Positions 18,025-27,463 of a stretch of 38,036 nt of DNA are shown here, piece by piece. Each line of letters starts with the position of its first letter. Positions within the stretch are counted from its first letter, which is position 1. This stretch comes from Chthoniobacteraceae bacterium (GTDB lineage: Bacteria; Verrucomicrobiota; Verrucomicrobiia; Chthoniobacterales; Chthoniobacteraceae), in NCBI GenBank assembly GCA_037190965.1, contig JBBCKI010000009.1:1-38036 (forward strand). Reading direction: 5' to 3'. The position numbers and the translations under genes are program-made. The notes below the pieces were generated by a model that did not search any database, had not been told where the DNA came from, and worked only from the letters and a program-made list of their open reading frames with translations.

Positions 18025-19053
18025 ATGAATCCGTTCGTCCTCATTGTGGTTGCCGTCGGCGTTCTGGCGGTCCTTGTTATCGCCGTTGTCCTCTTTAATT
18101 TCGTTGGGATATGGGTTCGTGCCAGGGTGGCGAACGCTCCTGTCAGCTTGTGGAACATGGTAGCCATGCGTCTGCGCGGCGTGCCGGTGGCGCCGATCGT
18201 TGACTCGCGCATTACGGCCTTGAAAGCTGGCATTGAAGTTTCCACCGACCCGCTGGAAGCGCATTACCTCGCGGGCGGCAACGTCCAGCAGGTCATCCTG
18301 GCGCTCATTGCCGCAGGCAAGGCGGGTATCGTGCTCGACTTTGACCGAGCCTGCGCCATCGATCTCGCTACTAAAGGAACCGGGAAGACCGTGCTAGAGG
18401 CCGTTCGTACCAGCATCAATCCGAAAGTGATCGACTGCCCCAATGCCGCAATGGGCCGCCCCACGATCGACGGCGTTGCCAAAGACGGCATTGGCGTGAA
18501 AGTCAAAGCCCGCGTGACGGTCCGTTCGCACCTCGACCGCTTCGTCGGCGGTGCCACCGAAGAGACGATCATCGCGCGCGTGGGCGAGGGGATCGTGAGT
18601 GCCATCGGCACGGCTGATTCCTACAAGGACGTGCTCGAAAACCCCGATCGTATTTCCAAAACCGTGCTTGCGCGCGGCCTAGATAGCAACACCGCCTTCG
18701 AAATTCTTTCCATTGACATTGCCGACGTGGACGTGGGCGACAACATCGGCGCGAAACTCCAGGCCGAGCAGGCCGAAGCTGACAAACGCGTCGCCCAGGC
18801 TCGTGCTGAAGTTCGCCGCGCCGCTGCCGTCGCCGCCGAACAGGAGATGCGCGCCCGCACCCAGGAAATGCGCGCCAAGGTGGTCGAAGCCGAAGCCCAG
18901 GTGCCGCAGGCCATGTCCGAAGCCTTCCGCGCCGGGAATCTCGGCATCATGGATTACGTCCGCATGAAGAATGTCGAGAGCGATACCCAGATGCGCGCCT
19001 CCATTGCTGGTGGGGATCGCGGCAATACCGGGGAAGAGGGGCGCCCCTCCTAA
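18025..19053 (+). CDS. floA: Flotillin-like protein FloA (YqfA family)
   Basis: [76 protein letters not shown]. Confidence 0.93.
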   Translation: MNPFVLIVVAVGVLAVLVIAVVLFNFVGIWVRARVANAPVSLWNMVAMRLRGVPVAPIVDSRITALKAGIEVSTDPLEAHYLAGGNVQQVILALIAAGKAGIVLDFDRACAIDLATKGTGKTVLEAVRTSINPKVIDCPNAAMGRPTIDGVAKDGIGVKVKARVTVRSHLDRFVGGATEETIIARVGEGIVSAIGTADSYKDVLENPDRISKTVLARGLDSNTAFEILSIDIADVDVGDNIGAKLQAEQAEADKRVAQARAEVRRAAAVAAEQEMRARTQEMRAKVVEAEAQVPQAMSEAFRAGNLGIMDYVRMKNVESDTQMRASIAGGDRGNTGEEGRPS

Positions 19054-19098
19054 CTCCTAATCCGCGGCCTTTGCTGAACAGGTAGCCGAAAACGTTTT

Positions 19099-19809
19099 AT
19101 GGACCAGCTCATCTTTGTCGCCATCCTGGGGGCCTTGGCTCTTGGTAAATGGCTTCTGGAACGAGCGGGGAACCCCGAAGACGACTCAGTTTCCCGCCGT
19201 CCGGATGCCGATCAGGGAGTGGATACGCCCGATCACCGGCAGGCGATCCCGCGCCGGGCCGATAGCGAGGAGGAGCGGATGCGTCGCTTCATGGAAGCCC
19301 TCGGCATCCCTGCGGGAGAAGCCCCGCCTCCGCCGCCTCCCGCCAGGAGCGCGGAAAGACAGGCTCAACCTTCCACGCCCTCACCACGTCCCGAGCCTTC
19401 TCCGGGCCGCAGGATTCGCCCGCAAAAGAACCCGATGGGCGGCGGGAACCCATGGGATTTCAAGCCTCAGCCTGTTCGTCCCAAACGCCCCAGCCAACCT
19501 GCGCCGCCGGTGGAATCCCGGCCTGTCTTTACTGCCCCGCAGCCGGAGCCTTTGCTGGAGCCATTACCCGAGTCTTTGCCGCCTTCATTCGCCGCATCAA
19601 CGGTCCTGGCCTCCAGTCCCGAAATCTCATCCATGGAGACTGTCGCTCCGCAAATGGAGATCACTCCGTTAGCATCGGTTGGGAAGACTTCGGACGTTCA
19701 GCCTGGAGTCTCCACCTTGCTGCCCAAACTGCGGAATCGCAACGCATTGCGGGAAGCGCTCGTCCTCCGGGAGATTCTGGGGCCCCCAAAGGCGCTGGCG
19801 CCCCATTAG
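19099..19809 (+). CDS. Pro-rich membrane-anchored protein in the yqfB position
   Basis: N-terminal transmembrane helix, Pro-rich linker, C-terminal LREALVLREILGPPKAL motif. Confidence 0.75.
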   Translation: MDQLIFVAILGALALGKWLLERAGNPEDDSVSRRPDADQGVDTPDHRQAIPRRADSEEERMRRFMEALGIPAGEAPPPPPPARSAERQAQPSTPSPRPEPSPGRRIRPQKNPMGGGNPWDFKPQPVRPKRPSQPAPPVESRPVFTAPQPEPLLEPLPESLPPSFAASTVLASSPEISSMETVAPQMEITPLASVGKTSDVQPGVSTLLPKLRNRNALREALVLREILGPPKALAPH

Positions 19810-19865
19810 GGAGTGTCCCCGGCGACGCACCTCTTATTTTTCTTATCGAAGGAGAGTAGAAATCC

Positions 19866-19894
19866 TTGCAATTCCCGGGGGAGGCCTCTAGTTT
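19866..19894 (+). promoter_or_regulatory. Sigma70-like promoter of tRNA-Leu
   Basis: TTGCAA-N17-TAGTTT, ending 17 bp before the tRNA. Confidence 0.6.
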
Positions 19895-19911
19895 TTCGCC
19901 TCTCCAAATAA

Positions 19912-19997
<86 letters not shown>

Positions 19998-20081
19998 CTT
20001 ATAGGTCTTTGTTGTTTCATCATCTCTTCCCCTAGGAAGAAACATCCATACTCGCGGAGGGCTACGAACCGGTGTTGGAGT

Positions 20082-20567
20082 ATGGAAAAATCAATCAAGA
20101 TGATTCTAAGCGTGCTTTGCAGCGTGGCTTTCCCGCTGGCAGCCCAAGCAGTTTCGGGAGGGAAGCAGGTGATTATCGACAAAGGCAGCCAGACCTTGCG
20201 TGCTTACGAAAATGGGAAGCTCGTCATGCAGAGCAGGATCAGCACCGGAAAAGAGGGCAAAGCTACGCCAAGCGGCCGATTTCGCGCCGGTGCGAAATCG
20301 CGCATGCACTATTCCAAGCTTTACCACAATGCGCCGATGCCTTACAGCGTCAACTTCGGCGGGAACTACTTTATCCACGGCTTTTCTTCCGTGCCACACC
20401 ATCCCGCCTCCCACGGCTGCGTCCGGTTGCCAATGGATGCCGCGTCGAAGTTTTATAAGTGGGTAACTCCGGGCACGCCGATCACCATCACCGGTCAATG
20501 GGCGAGTAATTCCTATCCGGAGTTCCTGAAGAAACAGCAACACAATCGAGCGGTCGCTCAGTTGTAA
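20082..20567 (+). CDS. L,D-transpeptidase (YkuD family), secreted
   Basis: Signal peptide; ISTGK..TP.G.F; MPY; IHG...ASHGCVRL catalytic motif. Confidence 0.92.
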   Translation: MEKSIKMILSVLCSVAFPLAAQAVSGGKQVIIDKGSQTLRAYENGKLVMQSRISTGKEGKATPSGRFRAGAKSRMHYSKLYHNAPMPYSVNFGGNYFIHGFSSVPHHPASHGCVRLPMDAASKFYKWVTPGTPITITGQWASNSYPEFLKKQQHNRAVAQL

Positions 20568-20602
20568 AACTCATCTCAAGGACGCGCGGGAAAAGTTGAG
20601 GC

Positions 20603-20633
20603 AAAAAATGCGACCTTCAAAGGTCGCTTTTTT
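20603..20633. terminator. Intrinsic terminator (probably bidirectional)
   Basis: AAAAAAT-GCGACCT-TCAA-AGGTCGC-TTTTTT. Confidence 0.8.
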
Positions 20634-20695
20634 GTGCGGTGTTCTGGAGAAAACAGGCTTTGTTCTCTGCAATCCTGCGGGCATCGTAGCAACCG

Positions 20696-21166
20696 ATGAA
20701 ATCCCACCGAGGCCTGCTCCATCATTTGGTGATTACCGTGTCGGACATGAAACGCTCCTCGCGTTTTTACGGGCCCGTTTTTCGTTACCTGGGTTATGAA
20801 CTGGCGCAGAGTGGCGAGTGTTTCGAGGACTGGAAACGCTGGGAGTTCGACACTCCGCATGAGATCAGTATTATCCAGGTCGATCCAAGTTTGCGCGGGA
20901 TCCACTATGTTCGAAAGGCGGTTGGACAGCATGATCATCTCGCCTTCTGCGCTCTGGATCGATCCGACGTGGATGCCTTTTATGCAGAGGTCTTGTTGCC
21001 GCTTCATGCGGAAGGGCTTTGCAGGGTGGAAGACCCGCCCTGCGATTGCCCCGAGTACGGCCAGGGATACTATGCAACTTTCTTTTTCGATCCCGACGGG
21101 CTCAAGTATGAGTTCGTGATCAATCCGAATCACGCGCTCAAGAAATCCCAACGCGAAAATCGTTAG
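20696..21166 (+). CDS. VOC/glyoxalase family protein
   Basis: LHHLVITVSDMKRSSRFY, HLAF...RSDVDAFY, YYATFFFDPDGLKYE. Confidence 0.9.
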   Translation: MKSHRGLLHHLVITVSDMKRSSRFYGPVFRYLGYELAQSGECFEDWKRWEFDTPHEISIIQVDPSLRGIHYVRKAVGQHDHLAFCALDRSDVDAFYAEVLLPLHAEGLCRVEDPPCDCPEYGQGYYATFFFDPDGLKYEFVINPNHALKKSQRENR

Positions 21167-21214
21167 TGTAGTGGAAGATTAACCCGTTCGAGAAAGGCCC
21201 CCCACGCACAAGCT

Positions 21215-21371
21215 ATTGAGAAGAAGAAATAGAGGGCCTTTGGCCATGAGCGGCGTCGTGGAACTCCGCCCTCCCTCTACCGCGCGGCAAACGCGCGCAG
21301 GGCGAAAGATTCTTGATAAACCGATGTGGCAACACCCTCCAACGGAGGGCGGAGCTCTGCGACGCCGCTTT
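21215..21371. repeat. REPIN family B, copy B2, with a 35-bp left flank shared with B4
   Basis: GCGGCGTCGTGGAACTCCGCCCTCC (21250) ... CGGAGGGCGGAGCTCTGCGACGCCGC (to 21368); lies between convergent genes. Confidence 0.87.
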
Positions 21372-21386
21372 TAGGCTTCTTTTAGG

Positions 21387-21848
21387 CTAACTCCGGATCC
21401 CGCGCATCCGCTGGCCATTGGGCCAGCCTTTGAGCCAGCGGGCGCCGTCGATTTTCCAGTTCGTTCCCTCGTTGATAAGGGTGTAGACGCAGGGGACGAC
21501 CGAACCGTTGGCCTGCACGAAAAAGACCTGCACCGAGGCGCGGCGGCCCTGGCGTTGCCACGGACCGAATTCAACGCGTTCAGCGTTGAGGACGCGCCGG
21601 TAATCGTTGCGGACCATTCCCGAAAATTCTTCCAGCGACCAGTGTTGCTGGAAGTTCGAGGAAACCTGGCTGTAGGCCGAAGGGAGATTGCTGGTGCGGA
21701 AGGCGGCGAGTTGCCGTTGGACGACGTCGAAAAGCTCGGCCGGGGGGCGGCCTTCGGGCTGTTCGAGCCCTGCCAGATGAATCACCAATGCCGTCGCGCA
21801 GATCGAGACGAAGAACAGGAGCAGGGTGATTTTCCCTTGCTGGTTCAT
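21387..21848 (-). CDS. DUF4864-like membrane-anchored protein
   Basis: N-terminal transmembrane segment; VVQRQLAAFR...AYSQVS..FQ...F..MVR..Y; YTL......WKIDG. ATGA overlap with the upstream gene. Confidence 0.8.
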   Translation of the reverse strand: MNQQGKITLLLFFVSICATALVIHLAGLEQPEGRPPAELFDVVQRQLAAFRTSNLPSAYSQVSSNFQQHWSLEEFSGMVRNDYRRVLNAERVEFGPWQRQGRRASVQVFFVQANGSVVPCVYTLINEGTNWKIDGARWLKGWPNGQRMRGIRS

Positions 21849-22177
21849 GGTTCGGCCTCGTGAGATGCTTCCTGCGCCGCGTCGGCGAGCCTCTTCAAAT
21901 ATGAGAACGGGTAGAGGCCGGTGTTGTGGCCATCCTCCCAGGTCGGTTGGAAGGCATAGCCGCCGATCGTCTGATGGCTGCGCAGGCGGAAACTGGCTGG
22001 GGTGTGGGTGACTTCCGGTTGCTCCACTTTGCCCATCACGTCGGGCTCCCCTCCGCATGCCGCGCACGGGCAATGCCGCCGCAGAAACTCCAGTTTAAGG
22101 TAAGTTTCCGTGCCGTCGTTCCAGGCGATGGCGAGTTCGTCGCCGATAGGCTGGATATTGAGAGGGGTAAGCCGCAT
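21845..22177 (-). CDS. DUF971 / GBBH-like N-terminal domain protein
   Basis: LAIAWNDG...EFLRRHCPCAAC...IGGYAFQPTWEDGHNTGLYPFSYL. Confidence 0.9.
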   Translation of the reverse strand: MRLTPLNIQPIGDELAIAWNDGTETYLKLEFLRRHCPCAACGGEPDVMGKVEQPEVTHTPASFRLRSHQTIGGYAFQPTWEDGHNTGLYPFSYLKRLADAAQEASHEAEP

Positions 22178-22295
22178 CGCAACGCTAAACTTATCGGCCG
22201 GCTCGCGAACAAGCAAGCCTTCCCGAGCCGGGGGAGATGAATGGGATTTGCATCTTTCCGGTTCTTCTCTAACCTTTGCGCTCCTTTTTCTCCTC

Positions 22296-23972
22296 ATGGC
22301 ATACTCTCTCGGCATTGATTACGGCACCAACAGCGTTCGAGCTCTGGTGGTGGATTGCAAAGATGGCCGCGAACTCGCGGCCGCCGTTTTTCATTACCCC
22401 AGCGGGCAACAGGGGATCCTGCTTGATCCCGCCGATCATCATCTTGCCCGGCAACACCCCGGAGATTACCTCCTCGGGCTGGAAAAGAGCGTCACCGAGG
22501 CGCTCACCGCCGCTTCCAGGGAGCCGGGGTTCACGCCGGAGCAGGTGATCGGGATCGGTATCGATACAACCGGCTCCAGCCCCATCCCTGTTGACGCCCG
22601 CAACGTTCCGCTCGCGCTTCAGGAGCCGTGGAAGGGGAACCTCGCCGCGCAATGCTGGCTTTGGAAGGACCACACAAGCCACCGCGAGGCCGCCCTCATC
22701 ACCGAAATCGCTGCCCGCAGCCGTCCTCACTACATCGCAAAATGCGGCAACACCTATTCCTCCGAATGGTTTTGGTCGAAAATCTGGCACTGCCTCAACA
22801 CGGCGCCGGAGGTCTTTGACGCGGCGTATAGCTGGGTGGAGCTCTCCGACTATGTTCCCGCCGTGCTCGCCGGGATCGCTGACCCGAAGGCCATTAAACG
22901 CGGCATCTGTGCAGCGGGGCACAAGGCGCTTTATTCGGAGGAATGGAACGGCCTTCCCGACGCGGAATTTCTCGCCTCGCTCGACCCAAAGCTCGCCCTT
23001 TTGCGCGACCGGCTTTACGTCAAGGCGTGGGATGCCACGGAGCCTGCCGGTACGCTCTGCCCGGAATGGGCAAAACGCCTCGGGCTCCCGGAGGGAATTC
23101 CCATCGCCATCGGGGAAATGGACGTGCACTACGGAGCCATCGGTAGCGGTATTGGGGAAGGGGTGCTTATCAAAGCCATCGGCACCTCCTCCTGCGACTG
23201 TTGCGTCGTTTCCCTGGACAAGGCCGTCGCGGACATTCCCGGCATTTGTGGCATCGTTCCCGGAGCGATCCTTCCCGGTTACTATGGGATCGAGGCAGGT
23301 CAATCTGCCGTCGGCGACATCTTCAAGTGGTGGGTGGAAGTCGTCTGCGAGGGTGACGGAGCCCTTCATGCCGCCTTGACGAGGCAGGCCGCCGCGGGCA
23401 AGCCCGGGCAGCACGGCCTCCTCGCGCTCGACTGGAACAACGGAAACCGCACGGTTCTCGTGGATCCGATGCTTACCGGCCTTATCCTTGGCCAGACGCT
23501 CCATACCACCCGGGCGGACATTTACCGGGCGCTCATTGAGGCGACGGCCTTCGGTTCCCGGGCGATCATCGAGAGGATTCGCGAATACGGAGTTCCGGTC
23601 GAACGGGTGGTCTGCTGCGGCGGCATCGCGGAGAAGAATCCTTTCGCCATGCAGGTCTATGCTGATATTACAGGGTGTGTCATTCAGGTGGCTGGTTCCG
23701 GGCAGGCGTGCGCGTTGGGAGCGGCCATCGCCGCCTCAGTGCTGGGGGGGCCGGATCGCGGAGGACATCCCGACTTTCAGGCCGCGCAGAAGGCGATGAC
23801 CTCGCTCGCTCCCGCCTGCTACACGCCGGACCCGGCCAGCCAGGCCGTCTACGACCGGCTTTACGCGCTTTACCTTAAACTTCATGACGCGTTCGGGGGT
23901 GTTGACACCCGGGCGGATCTTTCGGGCATCATGAAAGAGTTGATTGAGATAAAGGGTGCGGCCTTGGCGTGA
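22296..23972 (+). CDS. araB: Ribulokinase (FGGY family)
   Basis: LGIDYGTNSVRA, ARQHPGDY, DTTGSSP, LWKDHT, YSSEWFWSK, CAAGHK, EAGQSAVGD, LDWNNGNR, EATAFG. Confidence 0.92.
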   Translation: MAYSLGIDYGTNSVRALVVDCKDGRELAAAVFHYPSGQQGILLDPADHHLARQHPGDYLLGLEKSVTEALTAASREPGFTPEQVIGIGIDTTGSSPIPVDARNVPLALQEPWKGNLAAQCWLWKDHTSHREAALITEIAARSRPHYIAKCGNTYSSEWFWSKIWHCLNTAPEVFDAAYSWVELSDYVPAVLAGIADPKAIKRGICAAGHKALYSEEWNGLPDAEFLASLDPKLALLRDRLYVKAWDATEPAGTLCPEWAKRLGLPEGIPIAIGEMDVHYGAIGSGIGEGVLIKAIGTSSCDCCVVSLDKAVADIPGICGIVPGAILPGYYGIEAGQSAVGDIFKWWVEVVCEGDGALHAALTRQAAAGKPGQHGLLALDWNNGNRTVLVDPMLTGLILGQTLHTTRADIYRALIEATAFGSRAIIERIREYGVPVERVVCCGGIAEKNPFAMQVYADITGCVIQVAGSGQACALGAAIAASVLGGPDRGGHPDFQAAQKAMTSLAPACYTPDPASQAVYDRLYALYLKLHDAFGGVDTRADLSGIMKELIEIKGAALA

Positions 23973-23988
23973 AAGGTGGCGATGGATC

Positions 23989-24015
23989 GGTAGCACGCTC
24001 GACGCGCGCGCTATC
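23989..24015. repeat. Collapsed family-A element (A3)
   Basis: GGTAGCACGCTC-GACGC-GCGCGCTATC. The first 12 nt equal the reverse complement of the A1 right end; 16 bp after the araB stop. Confidence 0.55.
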
Positions 24016-24126
24016 TTCAACCTCCAGTCATTCATTTGAAACGGCGAGGAACCGCTTATCGCTCCATCACCGTTTTAGGTTTCGGTAAAACTTGCTTCGA
24101 CACGAAGCCAATGATAGGGGACTTTC

Positions 24127-24969
24127 GTGACGATGGCGTATCCTTCGCTTCTTCAACTTCTTCCTGAACCGCTTGTGAAAAGAAATCACCCCCCTTCGAC
24201 GCACTTCTTCGGTTATCCTGGCAGGATTTCCCGTCTGGGACTCATCCTTTGCTTGAGTGCCGGACTGTTAGCGGGCGTTACGGCCAGGGCGATGGAGGCC
24301 GAAGCAAAGAGCGACGAAGTTCAACCCGCCGCACCGTCGGCCGAGCAGGCTGCCGCTCTTTCGCCGGAAGACCAAAAGGTTTTCGAGCTGTTTGAGAAAG
24401 TGGGAAAACTTTTTATGGAGCGGCGCTTTTCTGAAGCGGGCGAAATTTTGGACGAAGTGGAAAAGCTGAAGCCGGAGGCGCAGGAAATCTCGATGGTTCG
24501 TGCGGGAATTTTTGCGGAGACAGGCCAGCTCGGGAAGGCCCGCGAAATTTACGCCAAGGAGGTCGCCGCAAACCCTGATGCCTTTGTGCCGAACTTCAAC
24601 TTGGTGGAACTCCTCTGCATGGAGAAGAAGTACGATGAAGCGCGCGAGGGCTTCGAGAAGCTTCTGGTGAAGTTCCCCGAGAACGATTTTCTTCAGTTCA
24701 AAATTCTTCTCACGTGTCTGGCTCAGAATAAGATGACCGAAGCGGCCGTCTGGGCACAAAAGCTTCAGCGGCAGGTCCAAACTCCGATCATGATTTACGC
24801 CGCCGCCGCGATTTCGTTGCGCTCTGGCGATTTGGAAATGGGGAAGAAGTTAATCTTGTTGGCCGAGAATCAGTTTGGAGCCGGAAATCAGTTTCTGCTC
24901 TATCAAAGCCTGGCGGGGATCAATCTGGTCTTGCAGTCGGATTATCCGCCCAAATCCGACAAAAATTAG
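24127..24969 (+). CDS. Secreted TPR-repeat protein (start uncertain)
   Basis: Signal-like LGLILCLSAGLLAGVTARA; helical repeats (FSEAGEILDEVEKLKP, FNLVELL...KYDEAREGFEKLLVKFP). Confidence 0.8.
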   Translation: MTMAYPSLLQLLPEPLVKRNHPPSTHFFGYPGRISRLGLILCLSAGLLAGVTARAMEAEAKSDEVQPAAPSAEQAAALSPEDQKVFELFEKVGKLFMERRFSEAGEILDEVEKLKPEAQEISMVRAGIFAETGQLGKAREIYAKEVAANPDAFVPNFNLVELLCMEKKYDEAREGFEKLLVKFPENDFLQFKILLTCLAQNKMTEAAVWAQKLQRQVQTPIMIYAAAAISLRSGDLEMGKKLILLAENQFGAGNQFLLYQSLAGINLVLQSDYPPKSDKN

Positions 24970-25031
24970 GCCTTCTCCGGCCTGGGTGCTCTAAGATTTA
25001 ACACGCCAAAGGACGGCGCTTTTGCATTTTC

Positions 25032-25087
25032 CTCGTTCCCAAACTCCTGTTTGGGAACGCGCATGTCTTCGAAACTTCGATTTCGAA
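25032..25087. repeat. REP-like double palindrome (family C)
   Basis: CTCGTTCCCAAAC-TCCT-GTTTGGGAACG followed by TTCGAAA-CTTCGA-TTTCGAA. Confidence 0.65.
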
Positions 25088-25110
25088 CTCTGCCCGTTAC
25101 GGCAAACCTG

Positions 25111-25242
25111 CACGAAATAGGCGCGTTTTGTCCAAAACGCGACGCCCAGAGGCCCGAATCTCGATTCGCCCTTCGATCGCCTCGGCTTTGGCTCAAAAAT
25201 CGCTCTTTTCGTTATCTCACTCAATTCGTGGACACAACCTAG
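25111..25242. mobile_element. Possible MITE remnant ending in CTAG
   Basis: Right end reads CTAGGTTGTGTCCACGAAT on the minus strand, with a partial inverted match CACGAAAT at 25111; internal palindromes GCGTTTTGTCCAAAACGC and GAATCTCGATTC. Confidence 0.35.
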
Positions 25243-25313
25243 GGTTTGATACGCCCAAAGGGCTGCGCGTTTGCGTTAGCTCTCCGGACTATCCGGACCA
25301 AGACCGCAAACAG

Positions 25314-26606
25314 ATGCAGCCCCCCTTTGAAATGCCCTCCGTCTCCACAAGGATTGCCGTGGAGCGCCCAAAGAGCCGCCCGCTGCCTCCGATGCCGTTT
25401 CGAAACAGGCCAGGTTGTGCCTCTTGCTTGGCCGAGCCCGACTTGACCCTTGAGACCAAGCACGGGAATGTGGCCATCTTTCGTTCTGCCCGAGGGATCG
25501 CCCCCGGGATATGGGAGACCTCGCTATCCGGGGAATGCATGGACTCGCGGTATTACGAGATTGTCGAGGAAACCCTGGCCAATGAGGCTGTCGGGTCTCA
25601 GGGAGCCCAGGAGTTTGAGTATCGATATGCGGTTCTTGAGCATCGAGGGGGCGGCGGTTCTGCCGTGCAACCGTTCTTTCTGGTTAACCAGGACATTGCC
25701 GCCGGTCTTCCTGTCGCTTTGCATTCGCTGATCGGAAGCATCCGCAAGCGTTTTCCCGGATTCCTCAAAACCCGGATTCTCATGATTGGCTGCGCGGCGG
25801 GGGAGGGGCGTCTTGATCGGGCGGAATCGTGGGCGCTCGACGCTCTGCATGAAGCCATCGGCATCTACGCTCGCCGCGAAAAGGTGCGGCTTGTCGTATT
25901 TAAGGACCTGCCTGCCTGCTTCCGGAACCCCTGGTTTGCCGTCAACGGTTATAAGCGGGTGCCGAGCATGCCCGCCGCGAAGCTCGATCTCGATTTCGCG
26001 AGCTTTGAGGAATACCTGCAAACCCGTCCAAGTCGCATCTACCGCAAAAGCCTGCGGCGCAAATTTCGCGACATCGCACGCAGGGGAGGACTGACAATGG
26101 AGGTATTGACGGACATCGCCCCGCACATCGACGCGGTCTACCCTCTCTATCAGCAGACTTTTGCGCGTTCCAGCTACCGGTTCGAGGAACTGACGCCAGA
26201 GTACTTTTGTGAACTAGGTCGCCGGATGCCCGACCGCGTCCGCTTTTTTCTCTGGAGGTACGACGGGCGGATCGTTGCCTTCAGTGTCTGCATGATTCAC
26301 AACTGTCAGCTCTATGATCTCAACATTGGCCTGGACTACACCCTGGCCTTCGATCTTCACCTCTACTTTCTAACCTGGCGGGATATCGTCTCCTGGGCTT
26401 TGAAGTCCGGGTTGAAGACCTACTACACCGGCCCGCTCAATTATCATCCGAAGCTCCACCTTCGACTCGAGCTTGCTCCTCTCGATCTTTACGTGCGGCA
26501 TGTCTCGCCGTTCCTTAATCCGTTCTTTGGGTGGGCGATGAATTTTCTCCAGCCGGCGCGCTACGATCCATCCATCCGCAAGTTTCCCAACGCGAACGAA
26601 TTGTAG
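25314..26606 (+). CDS. GNAT / FemAB-like acyltransferase (start uncertain)
   Basis: MIGCAAGEG, LVVFKDLP, RVPSMP, FASFEEYL...RKSLRRK, FEELTPEYF, GLDY...LYF, YYTGPLNYHPKLHL. Confidence 0.8.
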   Translation: MQPPFEMPSVSTRIAVERPKSRPLPPMPFRNRPGCASCLAEPDLTLETKHGNVAIFRSARGIAPGIWETSLSGECMDSRYYEIVEETLANEAVGSQGAQEFEYRYAVLEHRGGGGSAVQPFFLVNQDIAAGLPVALHSLIGSIRKRFPGFLKTRILMIGCAAGEGRLDRAESWALDALHEAIGIYARREKVRLVVFKDLPACFRNPWFAVNGYKRVPSMPAAKLDLDFASFEEYLQTRPSRIYRKSLRRKFRDIARRGGLTMEVLTDIAPHIDAVYPLYQQTFARSSYRFEELTPEYFCELGRRMPDRVRFFLWRYDGRIVAFSVCMIHNCQLYDLNIGLDYTLAFDLHLYFLTWRDIVSWALKSGLKTYYTGPLNYHPKLHLRLELAPLDLYVRHVSPFLNPFFGWAMNFLQPARYDPSIRKFPNANEL

Positions 26607-26619
26607 CCAGTGGGGAAAA

Positions 26620-26704
26620 CGGCGTCGCGGTGCCCCGTCCTCCGTTGGGGAGGGATTCTCCGTCGCGCATTTCTTCTGAGGGAGGGCGGAACTCCGCGAC
26701 GCCG
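26620..26704. repeat. REPIN family B, copy B3 (inverted homologue of B1 including the spacer)
   Basis: Spacer GGATTCTCCGTCGCGCAT equals the reverse complement of the B1 spacer; ends CGGCGTCGCGG... and GGAGGGCGGAACTCCGCGACGCCG; lies between convergent genes. Confidence 0.87.
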
Positions 26705-26728
26705 GGCGCGTGACTTGTATCCGGGCGA

Positions 26729-27400
26729 CTACTTCCGAGCTGCCGAGCTTCCCGCCAGCAGCCGGACCACCTCTTCATCCGGGACTTGCTCGAAGTGGTC
26801 GTAGAATTGACCCACGGATGCGAAGCCAAAGGGCGCATTTAGAACAACGACCTCATCGGCGGCCGCCTTTATCTGTGGCACCGTTTCGTGCGGAGCCACC
26901 GGAACCGCCAGGATCAGTCGGGCCGCTCCCGCCCGGCGCAGGGAGGCAAGCGCCGCGAGGGCAGTGGCCCCCGTAGCGATTCCGTCATCGACCAGAATAA
27001 CGGTCTTGCCCTGCACGGCGACCGGTTCCTCATGACCGCGAAAGAGGTTCATGCGTCGGGCCAGTTCAGCGCTTTGGCGGCGAGTCTCTTCCTCCAGATA
27101 GTGCTGGGGAATTCCGAGGAGGTCGATGGCCGGTTTGTCGAGATACCGTTCGCCGTTGATCGAGACGGAGCCGATGGCGAACTCGGGGTTTCCGGGCGCT
27201 CCCAGCTTGTGGGCCAGCCAGACATCGAGCGGTGCTCCCAGCTCCCGGGCCACCTCGGCCCCGATGGTGACGCCTCCACGTGGGATGGCAAGGACCAGCA
27301 AGCGTCGAGGGTCGATCTGTCCGTGCAGGCCGGCCATCCCTACAACGTTGCGGATAACGCGAGCCAACTTGCGCCCCGCGTCCTTCCGATCATGAAACAT
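26729..27400 (-). CDS. Phosphoribosyltransferase family protein
   Basis: MFHDRKDAGRKLA, LAIPRGGV, KLGAPGNPEFAIG, PRPP-binding VILVDDGIATGAT, VGQFYDHFEQV. Confidence 0.92.
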   Translation of the reverse strand: MFHDRKDAGRKLARVIRNVVGMAGLHGQIDPRRLLVLAIPRGGVTIGAEVARELGAPLDVWLAHKLGAPGNPEFAIGSVSINGERYLDKPAIDLLGIPQHYLEEETRRQSAELARRMNLFRGHEEPVAVQGKTVILVDDGIATGATALAALASLRRAGAARLILAVPVAPHETVPQIKAAADEVVVLNAPFGFASVGQFYDHFEQVPDEEVVRLLAGSSAARK

Positions 27401-27463
27401 CGCGCCTTCGGTCACCCCTCCTATATCGGAAGTCGACCGGGCGGCTGGCCGGGAAATCTAGCC

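Noticed and set aside
19998..21250. Genomic islet at the tRNA-Leu 3' end
   Set aside because: No integrase and no duplicated tRNA 3' end seen downstream.
25128..25313. N-terminal extension of the GNAT ORF
   Set aside because: It runs through palindromic repeat DNA; no protein-like motifs.
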